A stretch of 64,000 nt of DNA from a virus. Positions 38,569-48,507 of the stretch are shown piece by piece. The stretch lies in the IMG/VR virus record IMGVR_UViG_3300013132_000023, positions 64,001-128,000 of that record; one strand, written 5' to 3'. Within the stretch, counting starts at the first letter, position 1. The number at the start of each line of letters is the position of its first letter. Both the position numbers and the translations under genes were made by a program. The notes under the pieces were generated by a model. That model ran no database searches. It was not told the DNA's origin and saw only the letters and a list, made by a program, of their open reading frames with translations.

Positions 38569-38770
38569 AACGCTTTCTTTGTCCACCTGTAGTACGATTC
38601 TCTTGTTGTTTGCACGAAGTGCAAGATGCTACCTTACGAACAACAATAGTAACTTCGTCTGGCAACTCATGTTCGTCTCCTGGAAGAAGAGTTACTCTTT
38701 GGCTTCCGCCAAAATAACTTCCGCCGCAACGACGACATTCAATCAACACGACTGTCTTAGGCGTTTTCAT
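38558..38770 (-). CDS. small Zn-finger protein
   Basis: CRRC...CTSC. Confidence 0.55.
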   Translation of the reverse strand: MKTPKTVVLIECRRCGGSYFGGSQRVTLLPGDEHELPDEVTIVVRKVASCTSCKQQENRTTGGQRKRYDR

Positions 38771-39269
38771 GATTCAAACGAAGAGTCAACAAGTTTAGTA
38801 GCTTTTTTATTCTGATAGCAACAGTGCCGTGTGATATTTTTTGTTCACTAGCAATCTGCCTCAAAGACTTGCCACGTACAAAGTGTTCGACCAACAAGTG
38901 AGCGTGCTTTTGATCAGACGTATGTTTCATAATGACTTCCATTATGTCTCGATCTTCGCCCGTGTCGCCTTTATAGCAGATATCTAAAAGCTTTGATTCG
39001 TCTTCTAATTGACTTAGACTTCTCTTGGTACGTCTAGCAATGTAACGCATCAAGTGTCCACGAATGTAATGATATGCAAAAGTAACAATCGAAGCCTTAC
39101 TTGGATCGTATCTTTCGCATGCGAGCAATAAAGCAATCCAGGCTTCTTGCTGCAAATCCTGTGGAGCAATGAGGGCGTCTTTTCTGCAAAACTTGTACAT
39201 TGGCTTGAGGATGCTAATGATCAGTGCATCCCACTCGTTTTTTTTCAAACTATCAATCGGTTTGTTCAT
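38757..39269 (-). CDS. ECF-sized sigma70-family factor
   Basis: QDLQQEAWIALL.ACERYDPSK...TFA...IRG; SLRQIA....SHGTV HTH. Confidence 0.8.
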   Translation of the reverse strand: MNKPIDSLKKNEWDALIISILKPMYKFCRKDALIAPQDLQQEAWIALLLACERYDPSKASIVTFAYHYIRGHLMRYIARRTKRSLSQLEDESKLLDICYKGDTGEDRDIMEVIMKHTSDQKHAHLLVEHFVRGKSLRQIASEQKISHGTVAIRIKKLLNLLTLRLNHENA

Positions 39270-39645
39270 GTGCTTTGATTTGTGCAATTAGCATTTCAAT
39301 GTAAAGATTCTTCTCGTCGGCATTTAGAGCACCCCAATTTAGGACAATACTAGAATGCCCACCATCTGGAATTTCATCGCCGCCACTAGTGCGTTGCTTA
39401 TGACGATACAGTACGCGTCCTTCTTTGTCTTGTACTATTAGCGTAGTGACATGTAGTTTCTTGTCTTCCGCAAGAGACCAGAAGAATGTCATGAAGTCTT
39501 TAAACTTGACGACTGCCTTTTTGGCTTTGCCGCTTGTCAGAATAAGCACAAATATGATGTCTGTTTGTTCGCTAATACCACTATGCTGAACAAGATCTTG
39601 ATATGCGACACGGAGTTTTTCCCAATCTACATTTAAGGACATCAC
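39253..39645 (-). CDS. hypothetical protein
   Basis: AGGAGG RBS, 130 aa. Confidence 0.6.
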   Translation of the reverse strand: MMSLNVDWEKLRVAYQDLVQHSGISEQTDIIFVLILTSGKAKKAVVKFKDFMTFFWSLAEDKKLHVTTLIVQDKEGRVLYRHKQRTSGGDEIPDGGHSSIVLNWGALNADEKNLYIEMLIAQIKAHEQTD

Positions 39646-39670
39646 GGTAACCTCCTGCTTGGGAATTACA

Positions 39671-40909
39671 CTAAGCTACAGTACCGTCGTGGATATAGAC
39701 TCCAATTCTATCTTGATCGTTGCGTGAAGCGTATTCAATCCACACCTGGAAGTCTTTTTCGCCTGCCATTTCGCGAACGATTTGCATACTACTGTCGTCA
39801 AGCAGTGAACCATCTGCGATACGAATTACGCGTAACGTTGGGTTAGCTGCCATTGCAATACCAAGTGATACACGAAGTCTTTGTGCGGCAGATGCTTGAC
39901 AGAACGGAACGAATTGATCGTTATCTGACAAAACTTGAATGCCCGTCTCGTTAACGCGTAATCCCTTAACTGGTAACGGTGAACTTTCTAGTGCTTCTGC
40001 TTTTTCAATTTCAACTAGTTCCATCGTGTCGTTCAATTTTTGAATGTCAGCGTCAACGCCAACCAAAGCCGAGCGAACCTTGTTCCATTCCTTTACTTCT
40101 CGTGCTCTACGATTGGAGTCTTCAATGTTTCTAAGTTGTCCCTGTAAGTATTCAATGTCTGGTATTTCCGGAACGCCTTCTAGTTCTTTCACAACAACCA
40201 CATGTTCGTTGCGTGCTGTCGCTAAATCCTGTTCCATACTTAGGATCTTGTCACGTAAGGCTCTTTCTTTTTCATTCAAGCTTTGAATTTTTGCCTTGGT
40301 AGACACTGCACTTGAAATAGAGTTTGTAAGGTCAGCTACCAAAATTTCTTCGGTAGGATCCGAATCTGTTGGTGGACGTATTGATGTCAACAACGTTGCA
40401 AGACGCTTCTTTTCGCGATTAGCGTCTGATCGTTTTTCAAATGCCTCTTTGTGTTTAATCTCAAAGGCAGCTAAGTCAACCTTGCCTCCCGTGATAGTGA
40501 ATAGTACATCGGCGAGCATTTGTCTCTGGTCAGCATCGTTCTTTCGAGCGAATTCCCAAGGATCAAAGCTCAGATCACCAATCATACCATCTAGAAGCTT
40601 TTGAGGCGAAGCGATTTTGCTTCCGTCTGGAGTTTTTACCTCAAGAGTTGTACCAGCTTGAGTGAACTTTCGCGTTACGATGTAATCGCCAAGATCAACG
40701 GTAACGTTTCCCTTGTCTTCCCCTGCTCGTAGCGGACTAGGATTGTTCTTGCTTGCCGCACGATATTGTAGTGCGAGCCAAATAGAATCAAGAACGGAAG
40801 TCTTCCCTTCCCCGTTCATGCCGCTCAAGACGATTACAGAATCTTGAGGGGTGATATCTACTGCCTTGATTCGCTTGATGTTTTCAGAGTGTAGTTGAAT
40901 GATTTTCAT
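39671..40909 (-). CDS. SMC/Rad50-like ATPase
   Basis: ENIKRIK, Walker A GMNGEGKTS, coiled coil, ASAAQR signature, IRIADG. Confidence 0.8.
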   Translation of the reverse strand: MKIIQLHSENIKRIKAVDITPQDSVIVLSGMNGEGKTSVLDSIWLALQYRAASKNNPSPLRAGEDKGNVTVDLGDYIVTRKFTQAGTTLEVKTPDGSKIASPQKLLDGMIGDLSFDPWEFARKNDADQRQMLADVLFTITGGKVDLAAFEIKHKEAFEKRSDANREKKRLATLLTSIRPPTDSDPTEEILVADLTNSISSAVSTKAKIQSLNEKERALRDKILSMEQDLATARNEHVVVVKELEGVPEIPDIEYLQGQLRNIEDSNRRAREVKEWNKVRSALVGVDADIQKLNDTMELVEIEKAEALESSPLPVKGLRVNETGIQVLSDNDQFVPFCQASAAQRLRVSLGIAMAANPTLRVIRIADGSLLDDSSMQIVREMAGEKDFQVWIEYASRNDQDRIGVYIHDGTVA

Positions 40910-40910
40910 A

Positions 40911-41513
40911 TTACCTACGATAGTGAAAGGTGACTTCGTTACTTTCTACAGCTTTGCCGCCAGCGGCTAACATTTCTTTCCAGAGTAGGTGATCGTGATT
41001 GTCGCACGGCTGCCAGCCTTGTGTTTTGTTAAAAATACCACGGGTATGAGCCATTCCGACCGTCAAAATGTCGGTCGAGTTCACGGCTCCCATTTTCCGA
41101 ACAAGCTTACTCGATCGCGGTGATCGATGCTTCATCATAAACGATTGTCCAGCAGTGCGTACCATATCGACACCGGGATTGTCTTCAATAAGTCTAGCTA
41201 GCGTTGACAGATGATGCGGTAGCCACTCGTCGTCATCATCGATGTATGTAATCCAGGAGGCATTTCCCAAACGCAATCCTTCATTTCGAGCCCATGCACC
41301 TGAATCTTCGTGTCTTTGAAATGGCGATCCAATAATCTGACCGTTTAATGGCGTGATGGCTGCATGAATATTATTTGGTCCAATGAGTTGTTTGATACCA
41401 TCGCAGATAACCCATAATGTCCAATACGGATAGTCTTGTTTGTTAACAGAATCAATTGCTTCAAAAACAGACGCTAATCCAATCGTGGGGAGAATTACAT
41501 CAAACTGAATCAT
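40911..41513 (-). CDS. GT2 glycosyltransferase
   Basis: VILPTI, ARNEG, YIDDDD motifs. Confidence 0.8.
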   Translation of the reverse strand: MIQFDVILPTIGLASVFEAIDSVNKQDYPYWTLWVICDGIKQLIGPNNIHAAITPLNGQIIGSPFQRHEDSGAWARNEGLRLGNASWITYIDDDDEWLPHHLSTLARLIEDNPGVDMVRTAGQSFMMKHRSPRSSKLVRKMGAVNSTDILTVGMAHTRGIFNKTQGWQPCDNHDHLLWKEMLAAGGKAVESNEVTFHYRR

Positions 41514-42031
41514 TTGAGTGGCCTCCACAAAAACTGCTTGACCGGAACGCGATAAGCTGGCTTATGACCAAAGCCTTGCCAGTTAACAATCTCACACTCG
41601 TCAGTTATTCTCTTTAAAGCCTCTGGCTTAAGCATAGTAAACTGTGGTATGAGTTCATCTGTACCGTTAACCATGAGGATAGTAACTTCACGTTTCAAGT
41701 ATTGCTTGACTTGACTAGTCTTTAGATGAAAGTATCTAGTTAGTTTTGGCTTACTGAACTTTACTTCTACGTGACCAAATCCTTCGACTTCAAAGTCCGG
41801 TGCAGTTGATACGTCACTGTCCTCTAAAAATTCTCCATTCTTACCGCAGCCAGTGTCCTTGAACTTAGGACGAACTTTGGTATCGCGTTCAATTAAATCG
41901 AGCCACAAAAGGAAGAGCGAACGCTCTTCCATTGTGCGACTATGAATGTCTTTCTTGAACTCTTCTTCGGAGCGACCGTCGAATCTGTAGTTGTTCATGG
42001 CGATACTGCTTTCAAAGGGATAGCCCCTCAT
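41510..42031 (-). CDS. PD-(D/E)xK nuclease-like protein
   Basis: APDF....VEVK. Confidence 0.55.
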   Translation of the reverse strand: MRGYPFESSIAMNNYRFDGRSEEEFKKDIHSRTMEERSLFLLWLDLIERDTKVRPKFKDTGCGKNGEFLEDSDVSTAPDFEVEGFGHVEVKFSKPKLTRYFHLKTSQVKQYLKREVTILMVNGTDELIPQFTMLKPEALKRITDECEIVNWQGFGHKPAYRVPVKQFLWRPLK

Positions 42032-42033
42032 CT

Positions 42034-42231
42034 TTACGCAGTAACGCGTTCGCCACGAATAGCTAGTTCTACAGCCTTTTCACGAGAGTATGCACGTTTT
42101 CGTGCTGGATGAATCCACTTCCATTGGAAAGAGCCATTGTCTTTGAGAGCGGGTACTGCCTTCCAGCGGTTACGTCTCAAAATACGACGTTCTTCTTCGC
42201 GGTTTCTTTTGTTGAGATCTTCGTATGTCAT
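42034..42231 (-). CDS. hypothetical basic protein
   Basis: 65-aa ORF in operon. Confidence 0.55.
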   Translation of the reverse strand: MTYEDLNKRNREEERRILRRNRWKAVPALKDNGSFQWKWIHPARKRAYSREKAVELAIRGERVTA

Positions 42232-42232
42232 A

Positions 42233-42832
42233 CTATTCCTTTAATCTTTCAATTACGTCGGGTTGCGTTAGAACCTTGCGGAACTTATGCATCAATTTGA
42301 ATGCACAGATACTATCAAACAGAGCAGCGTGGAACTTGTTCTTTCCGAACTCGCTCATGTCAATGTTCAATAGCTTTACTGCTTGAGTAAGCGTAGCCCC
42401 AGAGGCAACCTTATCGTTACCTGCAAATAGACGCATCATTGGCAACGTGTCTAGCTTGCGATATGTAAAGTTGGCTTCAAAGTTTGACGGTTCGATGCCA
42501 TAGATTTGGTGTGCCATCATGCGTACGTCGAACTCTACATTGTGTCCACCAATGACGGCGGCACCATGATTTTGCCACAGATCCATGAACTTTTCTCTGA
42601 TGGCTTCTGTAGTTAAGCCATCAGAGAAGGCTTGCTGCGGTGTGATACCATGAATCTCTACAGCTTTTGAAGTAAACGAATAATCGTCTACTGACGGCAA
42701 GCGATGTAGTGCTTCAAACATATCGACGATCTTGCCTGTATCAATATCGCCAACAAGAGCACCAACCGAAAATACGGTATGCTTCTTTGGATCGAGACCG
42801 CCTGTCTCGGTGTCAAATACTAGTACTCTCAT
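42233..42832 (-). CDS. DEDDh 3'-5' exonuclease
   Basis: FDTETGG, GHNVEFD, HAALFD. Confidence 0.9.
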   Translation of the reverse strand: MRVLVFDTETGGLDPKKHTVFSVGALVGDIDTGKIVDMFEALHRLPSVDDYSFTSKAVEIHGITPQQAFSDGLTTEAIREKFMDLWQNHGAAVIGGHNVEFDVRMMAHQIYGIEPSNFEANFTYRKLDTLPMMRLFAGNDKVASGATLTQAVKLLNIDMSEFGKNKFHAALFDSICAFKLMHKFRKVLTQPDVIERLKE

Positions 42833-43317
42833 TAGACTTTGTTCATTTCACACATGATGTCGGCGACAACTTCGTTGATCATCGTAGCCGTCTTTTCAAA
42901 GATAGTCGCGGCGAACATACGATATCTAACCTGAACACCGTTAGACACTTCAATGTCCGAGAAGGTAAGGTCGCCTTCTTGAGCGTCTGGCTTAAAAACA
43001 GGACGCAATCGTGCGATAAATCTCCGTGCTTCAGGGCCGTTTTCGAATACAAACGTCATAGGCACTTGTTCATCATCGCGGGCGACTACGCGGACGAAGG
43101 CAAGTTCGTGTGCGGCTGCGGCCCTTTCGATGCGACCAGTGAGAATCTGACGAGCCGTAGTACGCGAGAAGCTGTCACGACGTTCTGGCCACATGACGCC
43201 ATTAAGACTCGTACCATCGTTCACGAGTGCAATAGCGACAAACAGACGCGAACCTCGGTTCGTTGCTGCAACACTAACCCCTGCGGCTGGACGGTGAGAA
43301 AAGATGATTTCGCTCAT
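42832..43317 (-). CDS. hypothetical protein
   Basis: 161-aa ORF; D.FSR...R.I..GR motif typical of small phage proteins. Confidence 0.6.
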   Translation of the reverse strand: MSEIIFSHRPAAGVSVAATNRGSRLFVAIALVNDGTSLNGVMWPERRDSFSRTTARQILTGRIERAAAAHELAFVRVVARDDEQVPMTFVFENGPEARRFIARLRPVFKPDAQEGDLTFSDIEVSNGVQVRYRMFAATIFEKTATMINEVVADIMCEMNKV

Positions 43318-43324
43318 AGGTTTT

Positions 43325-43489
43325 TTAGGCTGGCTTTTGTACAGCAGGCTGTACGTTGCTAATGTTTAGAAGTTGCATGTAAATCCGCAATACCTGCCCA
43401 GCGGGCAAGGAAGCGGTGCTTGTCATGAGGGCGGCCATAAGCATACGAGCTTCGTCGCCCGTCAAATTGAAGTTGTTTTCAGTTGCCAT
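43325..43489 (-). CDS. small hypothetical protein (not in ORF track)
   Basis: 54 aa MATENNFNLTGDEARMLMAAL... fills the gap between co-oriented genes. Confidence 0.55.
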   Translation of the reverse strand: MATENNFNLTGDEARMLMAALMTSTASLPAGQVLRIYMQLLNISNVQPAVQKPA

Positions 43490-44246
43490 TGATTAGATTG
43501 AGTTGCTTGAGAGTATGTCTTAAAAACGTTTCGAGGTCTTCTAGACTCCCGTCATTGTGATACGAAAAACGTGGATCAAATGACGCATCATCTAGGGCAG
43601 TTTCACTTGGATGCATATCCTTAAAGCCAGTTTGACGCTCTAATCTAATTATGACCCCATTGTGGTATTCTGTCACGTCCTTTTCGTTGGGAAAGCGACA
43701 ATCTGTCAAGATTACTACGTCAAAGTCGCTCCAGCATTCACGATTGAATATCGCACGAGCCCAAACATCGTTGTCAATTGCACGAAAAATGTCCGTACCC
43801 ATGACTTGTAGTACCTCTCGAACAGTCATTGGGCCGTTACGCGGTACCTTTTCTACCACACAGGTTAGCAATTCCCACTCGCCTTGTGGCTCGGTAAACT
43901 CATTCGAGTATTTCAAGCGAACATGCATAGGGAATCCATCCCACATTACATGAGACAACGTTTCTTTGTCTTCGTTGGTGCCGTATACAAGTTCTCGATT
44001 GAGACCTAGAATGTCTATGCACATAGACTTTAGTGGCTCAGCAAAAGCTGTAACAGCTACACGTTTGCCATTTGATTCTAAGATGCTACGTAGGATCTTT
44101 GTGGCTGTATCTTTACCTACTTGTTTCTTGCCAGACAAGGCAATAAAAACAGTACCGGGGGGTGCTTTTGATCCTTCCATGCTTAGTCTAGCATACTCCA
44201 ACTTGGAAACTCCGTCAAGCAACCTGTCTTTGAAATATTCGTTCAT
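43479..44246 (-). CDS. deoxynucleoside monophosphate kinase
   Basis: SGKKQVGKDT, FAEPLK, RE.LQ..GTD, DCRFPNE, HPSE. Confidence 0.9.
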   Translation of the reverse strand: MNEYFKDRLLDGVSKLEYARLSMEGSKAPPGTVFIALSGKKQVGKDTATKILRSILESNGKRVAVTAFAEPLKSMCIDILGLNRELVYGTNEDKETLSHVMWDGFPMHVRLKYSNEFTEPQGEWELLTCVVEKVPRNGPMTVREVLQVMGTDIFRAIDNDVWARAIFNRECWSDFDVVILTDCRFPNEKDVTEYHNGVIIRLERQTGFKDMHPSETALDDASFDPRFSYHNDGSLEDLETFLRHTLKQLNLINGN

Positions 44247-44404
44247 GCCTGCTTCCTCAAAAATCCCAGAAGTATCCGGATATTCCTATTAATAACCACC
44301 CAATATAGCTCTTACGATCTCGATCCCCTCAGAAATGTGGGGAGTGCGAAACGCACAAGATTCGCGTACAAACGCATGTTCATGGCAATTACCTTCATCT
44401 TCCA

Positions 44405-44701
44405 TTACCAACACAATTTTTTTCTCTTTAACCATTGACAGTATTCTTGGCTATACGGAAATGCCGGATAACCAGTTTCGCGTTCGTACTGACGTTGCAA
44501 AAAACGAGCCATCATAGACGCCCATTCTTCTGTTCCTACATTTGGGTCTCTAGCTGCATTTACGATTCTGGCTTCAAGTTCTTCGTCAGAATCTCCTGGA
44601 TTTGGAAGCAAACGTACGGCGGTACAACGCTTGCACCGTAAGCGTAATTCAGATCCAACTATGATTGTCACGAATTCGTGTTCGTGTTCTTGTACTACCA
44701 T
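44405..44701 (-). CDS. hypothetical protein
   Basis: 98-aa ORF, HEHE and CKRC. Confidence 0.55.
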   Translation of the reverse strand: MVVQEHEHEFVTIIVGSELRLRCKRCTAVRLLPNPGDSDEELEARIVNAARDPNVGTEEWASMMARFLQRQYERETGYPAFPYSQEYCQWLKRKKLCW

Positions 44702-44702
44702 G

Positions 44703-45803
44703 TTATTCCTCTACTAGAACCTTTCCGTGTTCCTCTTTAACTTGTTCTAAAACAGATTTCCAAAGCTTGTCTTCAATGTCCTTGCCGTCTAAGAGAGCAA
44801 AGACATATCCAATTTCGGAATTCAAAGCATTAGCCTGTAGCCACAGAGCATAGTCCTTTCGAGGACGGTTCTCGCCTACCTCGGTAATCATACGACTCAA
44901 GCAGTCGCTTGCTCGCGTATACAGACCGTCTCGTAACCCTTGGACGTATGCACGAATGTCGTCGAAGTCACAAGCAATAGCCGCAGGCAACTGCTTAACC
45001 GTTACTCCGTACTCTCGACCACGAATCAGGTCAATGACTCCCTTGGGAGACAGATAGTTCAATAGACGATGGATACGTAGATACGTAGGGCTCTTGATCT
45101 TCACGCGAAGCCCATTTTCAAAGCGAGCAACATATCCTTCGGAGTTTTCTTCAAAAGGAATTTCGCTACGCAGGTCAATATTGTATCGCTTAGGGCGACG
45201 GAAGCCGCACATAGATGCGATTTGGTCTACGCGACGAGGATGCCACTCAACCCCATTGTGCTCGAACATTGCAAGCAAAACGAGTTCGCGTACACCGTTA
45301 TAATCTACGACGATGCGATTTTCGGGATAGATAATCTCAAACACGGGCGTACAGTCTACAGGTAAATGGTTTAACCAATATCTAGGACGCATGGTTTCTT
45401 CGTTACCAAACCATTCGTTCATAATCTTGGTACCATTAAGAGCTTGTTCCGATTCCATGCTACCCGGCGTGGCTAGTTTCCACTGGTTGTCACGCACGTA
45501 GCCAATGCCGCAGCTTCCGTCTGCCTTTTCATAGACTTCGACGGATTCCTTCCACGGTAGGTTAGCGATAGTAGTTTCAGGGCATTCTCCCAAGTTGAAA
45601 AACTTAGGAAACGGACGAGCTACGACAGTGCCGTCTGTTCGAAAGATGATACCACGAGCCTGACGATTAACTTCGTTCCACAGACCACTAATGTGAGTAT
45701 CTTGGGTGTACTTGAAGATAGTCAGGTCGCCACTTGACGAAGCCGATACTCGACCAGCTTCGACTTCTTTCCAAAGCTTGTTAAGTAGAATAGGGTCTTT
45801 CAT
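44703..45803 (-). CDS. T4 Rnl1-like RNA ligase
   Basis: ARG.IF, RPFPKFFN, motif I EKADGS, FEII.P.NRIVV.Y, EGYV, VKIKS..Y. Confidence 0.9.
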   Translation of the reverse strand: MKDPILLNKLWKEVEAGRVSASSSGDLTIFKYTQDTHISGLWNEVNRQARGIIFRTDGTVVARPFPKFFNLGECPETTIANLPWKESVEVYEKADGSCGIGYVRDNQWKLATPGSMESEQALNGTKIMNEWFGNEETMRPRYWLNHLPVDCTPVFEIIYPENRIVVDYNGVRELVLLAMFEHNGVEWHPRRVDQIASMCGFRRPKRYNIDLRSEIPFEENSEGYVARFENGLRVKIKSPTYLRIHRLLNYLSPKGVIDLIRGREYGVTVKQLPAAIACDFDDIRAYVQGLRDGLYTRASDCLSRMITEVGENRPRKDYALWLQANALNSEIGYVFALLDGKDIEDKLWKSVLEQVKEEHGKVLVEE

Positions 45804-46057
45804 GATAACTCTTCAATTTGCCAGTCGCTCTCTGCGTGTGGAATAAGTACGTCGCGTCCAGGTACTAAATGCGAATAGATACTACTTCCTAACCACTTTA
45901 GAGACGGTTTTTGTGCGTATATCTTCCCTTTTTTAGAAAGGTTAGACTTTGTGTATACACAGTCCTCAACGCGTACGTGACGCGAAGGACAATAGTACAA
46001 TCCTGTTGGAATGTGTTTAATACGATACGTTTTCAAGTTTGTTGATCTTCGCCACAA
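45800..46057 (-). CDS. hypothetical protein
   Basis: YRIKH..TGLYY phage-type ORF. Confidence 0.55.
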   Translation of the reverse strand: MWRRSTNLKTYRIKHIPTGLYYCPSRHVRVEDCVYTKSNLSKKGKIYAQKPSLKWLGSSIYSHLVPGRDVLIPHAESDWQIEELS

Positions 46058-46275
46058 TCATCACAGATGGTGTCGTCAGCGGCTACGTGCCCACCACACT
46101 TATTACAAACATAACACAGTGGCAACCTCATGAGTGCAAAATCAGTATCTTCACAAATGTAGCAGCCTTTTTTGTAAACGATAACCTTGCTTCGCCAGTC
46201 AAATTTATTGGGAGTCGTTTGAGCCTCTTGTTTGCCTTTTTCAAGCATCCAATATGCCGGATCATTATACTTCAT
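46033..46275 (-). CDS. Cys-rich hypothetical protein
   Basis: CYIC, C..C..C, CDDC. Confidence 0.55.
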   Translation of the reverse strand: MKYNDPAYWMLEKGKQEAQTTPNKFDWRSKVIVYKKGCYICEDTDFALMRLPLCYVCNKCGGHVAADDTICDDCGEDQQT

Positions 46276-46514
46276 GGCCACAGACAAATGACTTTTGTAA
46301 ATGTTTCGCGTTCACCGGCTTCTAGACAACATTCATCGTCTGTGTGTGAATTGCTATAATAGCTGTCTATATGATATTCACGTAAATTTTTCACCGTACC
46401 AGCGTCTACGTTAGATACTTTGCAATAACCATTACCTTCTGAATCTTGACTCATGATGATTTCCGTTTCCGGATCAAGCCTAGACAGAATTTTCTGTAGT
46501 TCTTTTACTTTCAT
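46272..46514 (-). CDS. hypothetical protein
   Basis: MKVKEL...L...DPE...QDSEGNGY...LWP, common phage family pattern. Confidence 0.6.
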   Translation of the reverse strand: MKVKELQKILSRLDPETEIIMSQDSEGNGYCKVSNVDAGTVKNLREYHIDSYYSNSHTDDECCLEAGERETFTKVICLWP

Positions 46515-46516
46515 AT

Positions 46517-46747
46517 TTAAGTTCCAAATCCAATAAAAGCTCTGCCATCGTGGCAGAGTTCGTCAATGGATCCCATAGTGTCCGTGTAGTATACTCGCAC
46601 TCCGTGCGAAATCAAGTTCTTTTTTAGCAAATCTTGAATGACCTCTTCTGCTGCGTTCGTGATAGACATACCACCAATCGCAGGACTGAGATCTTCAATC
46701 CAAATTGCGTTTTTTTCTTGACGTACTACGTCGTAAGCAAATCTCAT
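46517..46747 (-). CDS. hypothetical protein
   Basis: I.DL...SITNAAE.V....YTDT.G..DE pattern. Confidence 0.6.
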   Translation of the reverse strand: MRFAYDVVRQEKNAIWIEDLSPAIGGMSITNAAEEVIQDLLKKNLISHGVRVYYTDTMGSIDELCHDGRAFIGFGT

Positions 46748-46916
46748 TTAGTTCCTCACGCCACTTGTTAGCTATTTTGTTCGCTTCTTTAAGCGAATTA
46801 CAGGTTGCTCTATACAATACCCAATTGTTATCCAGTATATGTACGACCCTTACTTCGCAATCATAAACTTCTATTCTTAGTACGCTAGCAAGATTTTTTA
46901 TCATCCTATTTTTCAT
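46695..46916 (-). CDS. hypothetical protein
   Basis: 73-aa ORF, ATGA overlap with upstream gene. Confidence 0.5.
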   Translation of the reverse strand: MKNRMIKNLASVLRIEVYDCEVRVVHILDNNWVLYRATCNSLKEANKIANKWREELNEICLRRSTSRKKRNLD

Positions 46917-48160
46917 TGACTCCCCTTAAGGGCATGAACGCGAGCTTGCTCCATTTTCTGAGCGATCTTTTCACCGTTCTTTAAATGAGCAAACTGGTGT
47001 CCTTTGACTTGTCTAATGACTGCGGCGGCTTCAAGCAAACGATCCCCTTGTGGGTACGGATTGTTTGCGTGCAGCGGACCCCGGCCTCGTGCGTCAGCCT
47101 TTGCGGCCATGACTACGCGACGAGCTACCAAATCACCCTGTAAGGTTCCAAGTCGCCCTAGCAAGCGAACTTTTGTCGTTGCCTTTAGCTCTTCGAACTT
47201 GTGGATATTCAGATGTTCTCGCGACGCAAGGACGCCAATCTTACGATGCAGACTAGGAGTCCGCAAGCGATCACACATAGCATTAACCAAAGGTACTCCA
47301 AGAGCTTCATGATTGTAGTGGTGTGGGAGATTATGGTCGTCCGTAACTGCCTTTCCAAGGTCATGCACGAGAGCAGCAAACATCGTTTCGTCGTCTGCAC
47401 CCATGTCGCGAGCACGATCAATGACTTGCAACGTATGCACGTAAGCGTCACCTTCCGGATGATGCTTTTCTGGTTGAATGCGACCCTTTAGGGCGGCGAT
47501 TTCTGGGAACGTAATTTCTAAAGCACCCAGCCTATCGAGTGCTTCAAAGAAACAAGACGGTCGTTGCGTACGAAGGGCCTTTTCAAGCTCGCCCCATACG
47601 CGTTCGCCCGGTTCATTAGCTAATTCAGCCAATGCTGGCCGAGCAGCTTCAATCAATTCATCACTGATTGACATGTCTAATTGAGCAGCGAAACGAGCGG
47701 CACGCAAGATACGCACCGGATCTTCTCCGAAGTGGTTGCCAACTGGACGCAGCACCTTGTTTTGAAGATCTCTAATTCCGCCGTAAAGGTCAATGATTTC
47801 TTCGGTGAATGGATCTAAAGCCATTGCGTTAATCGTGAGGTCACGACGACGCAAATCTTCATCAAGTCCTACGTTATTCGTATCGCATTCGAAAGCATGG
47901 TAGCCCCCGCCAATCTTGCGTTCTTTTCTAGCAAGAGCGACTTCAATCCCGTTCACCAAGAATACAGGGAACTTTGCACCAACGACGCTATCGAAACCAG
48001 CCGCATGGAACTGGTTTTCCGATACGCCAATTACTACGATATCCACGTCCTTAGGATTACGCCCTAGGAGTAGGTCTCGTACGTAACCCCCGACAATATA
48101 GGGGCAACCCCCCATCGCTTTGATGCGATGGCAGAGTTCTAGATGCTTACGATGCTTCAT
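46913..48160 (-). CDS. cca: tRNA nucleotidyltransferase (CCA-adding) with HD domain
   Basis: VGGYVRD, DVD, EDL.RRDLTINAMA, EDPVRILR, VHDLGK. Confidence 0.92.
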   Translation of the reverse strand: MKHRKHLELCHRIKAMGGCPYIVGGYVRDLLLGRNPKDVDIVVIGVSENQFHAAGFDSVVGAKFPVFLVNGIEVALARKERKIGGGYHAFECDTNNVGLDEDLRRRDLTINAMALDPFTEEIIDLYGGIRDLQNKVLRPVGNHFGEDPVRILRAARFAAQLDMSISDELIEAARPALAELANEPGERVWGELEKALRTQRPSCFFEALDRLGALEITFPEIAALKGRIQPEKHHPEGDAYVHTLQVIDRARDMGADDETMFAALVHDLGKAVTDDHNLPHHYNHEALGVPLVNAMCDRLRTPSLHRKIGVLASREHLNIHKFEELKATTKVRLLGRLGTLQGDLVARRVVMAAKADARGRGPLHANNPYPQGDRLLEAAAVIRQVKGHQFAHLKNGEKIAQKMEQARVHALKGSQ

Positions 48161-48174
48161 ACCGACAGTATACC

Positions 48175-48507
48175 CTATCGCAGGTCTTTTGTGTGCTTAA
48201 AACGGCTGCATTTTGTAACAAAAGCTACCAGGATCGGCACGTTTGAGGCAAAATCTTCCGGTTGCCAGAAACACATAGCCTTAACATGTTCTTGTTCTAG
48301 AATATGTTCTACAATTCCCGGCTGTTGACCTTGGTCTTCATGTTCGTCGTCTACGTGACTAGCAAATGGATCATCTGTACCTTGTAAATCCAAAATGTTT
48401 GGCATTACGGGGTGGACAATCTTTTCACTGGCCTTTTCTTGCACGCAAATACCGTATTGGCACTTCCAACACAGACTTTCTTCTGCCTTCGGCATTTCGC
48501 TATTCAT
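48175..48507 (-). CDS. hypothetical protein
   Basis: CWKC...C; acidic insert; start at ATG 48507 assumed. Confidence 0.55.
   Translation of the reverse strand: MNSEMPKAEESLCWKCQYGICVQEKASEKIVHPVMPNILDLQGTDDPFASHVDDEHEDQGQQPGIVEHILEQEHVKAMCFWQPEDFASNVPILVAFVTKCSRFKHTKDLR

Noticed and set aside
42709-43362. Long antisense ORFs (also 61336..61983, 62184..62954, 16660..17226)
   Set aside because: Shadows of well-supported genes on the opposite strand; no motifs
44288-44405. 38-codon - strand ORF MEDEGNCHEHAF... between two genes
   Set aside because: Short, with no motif or RBS; cannot be supported
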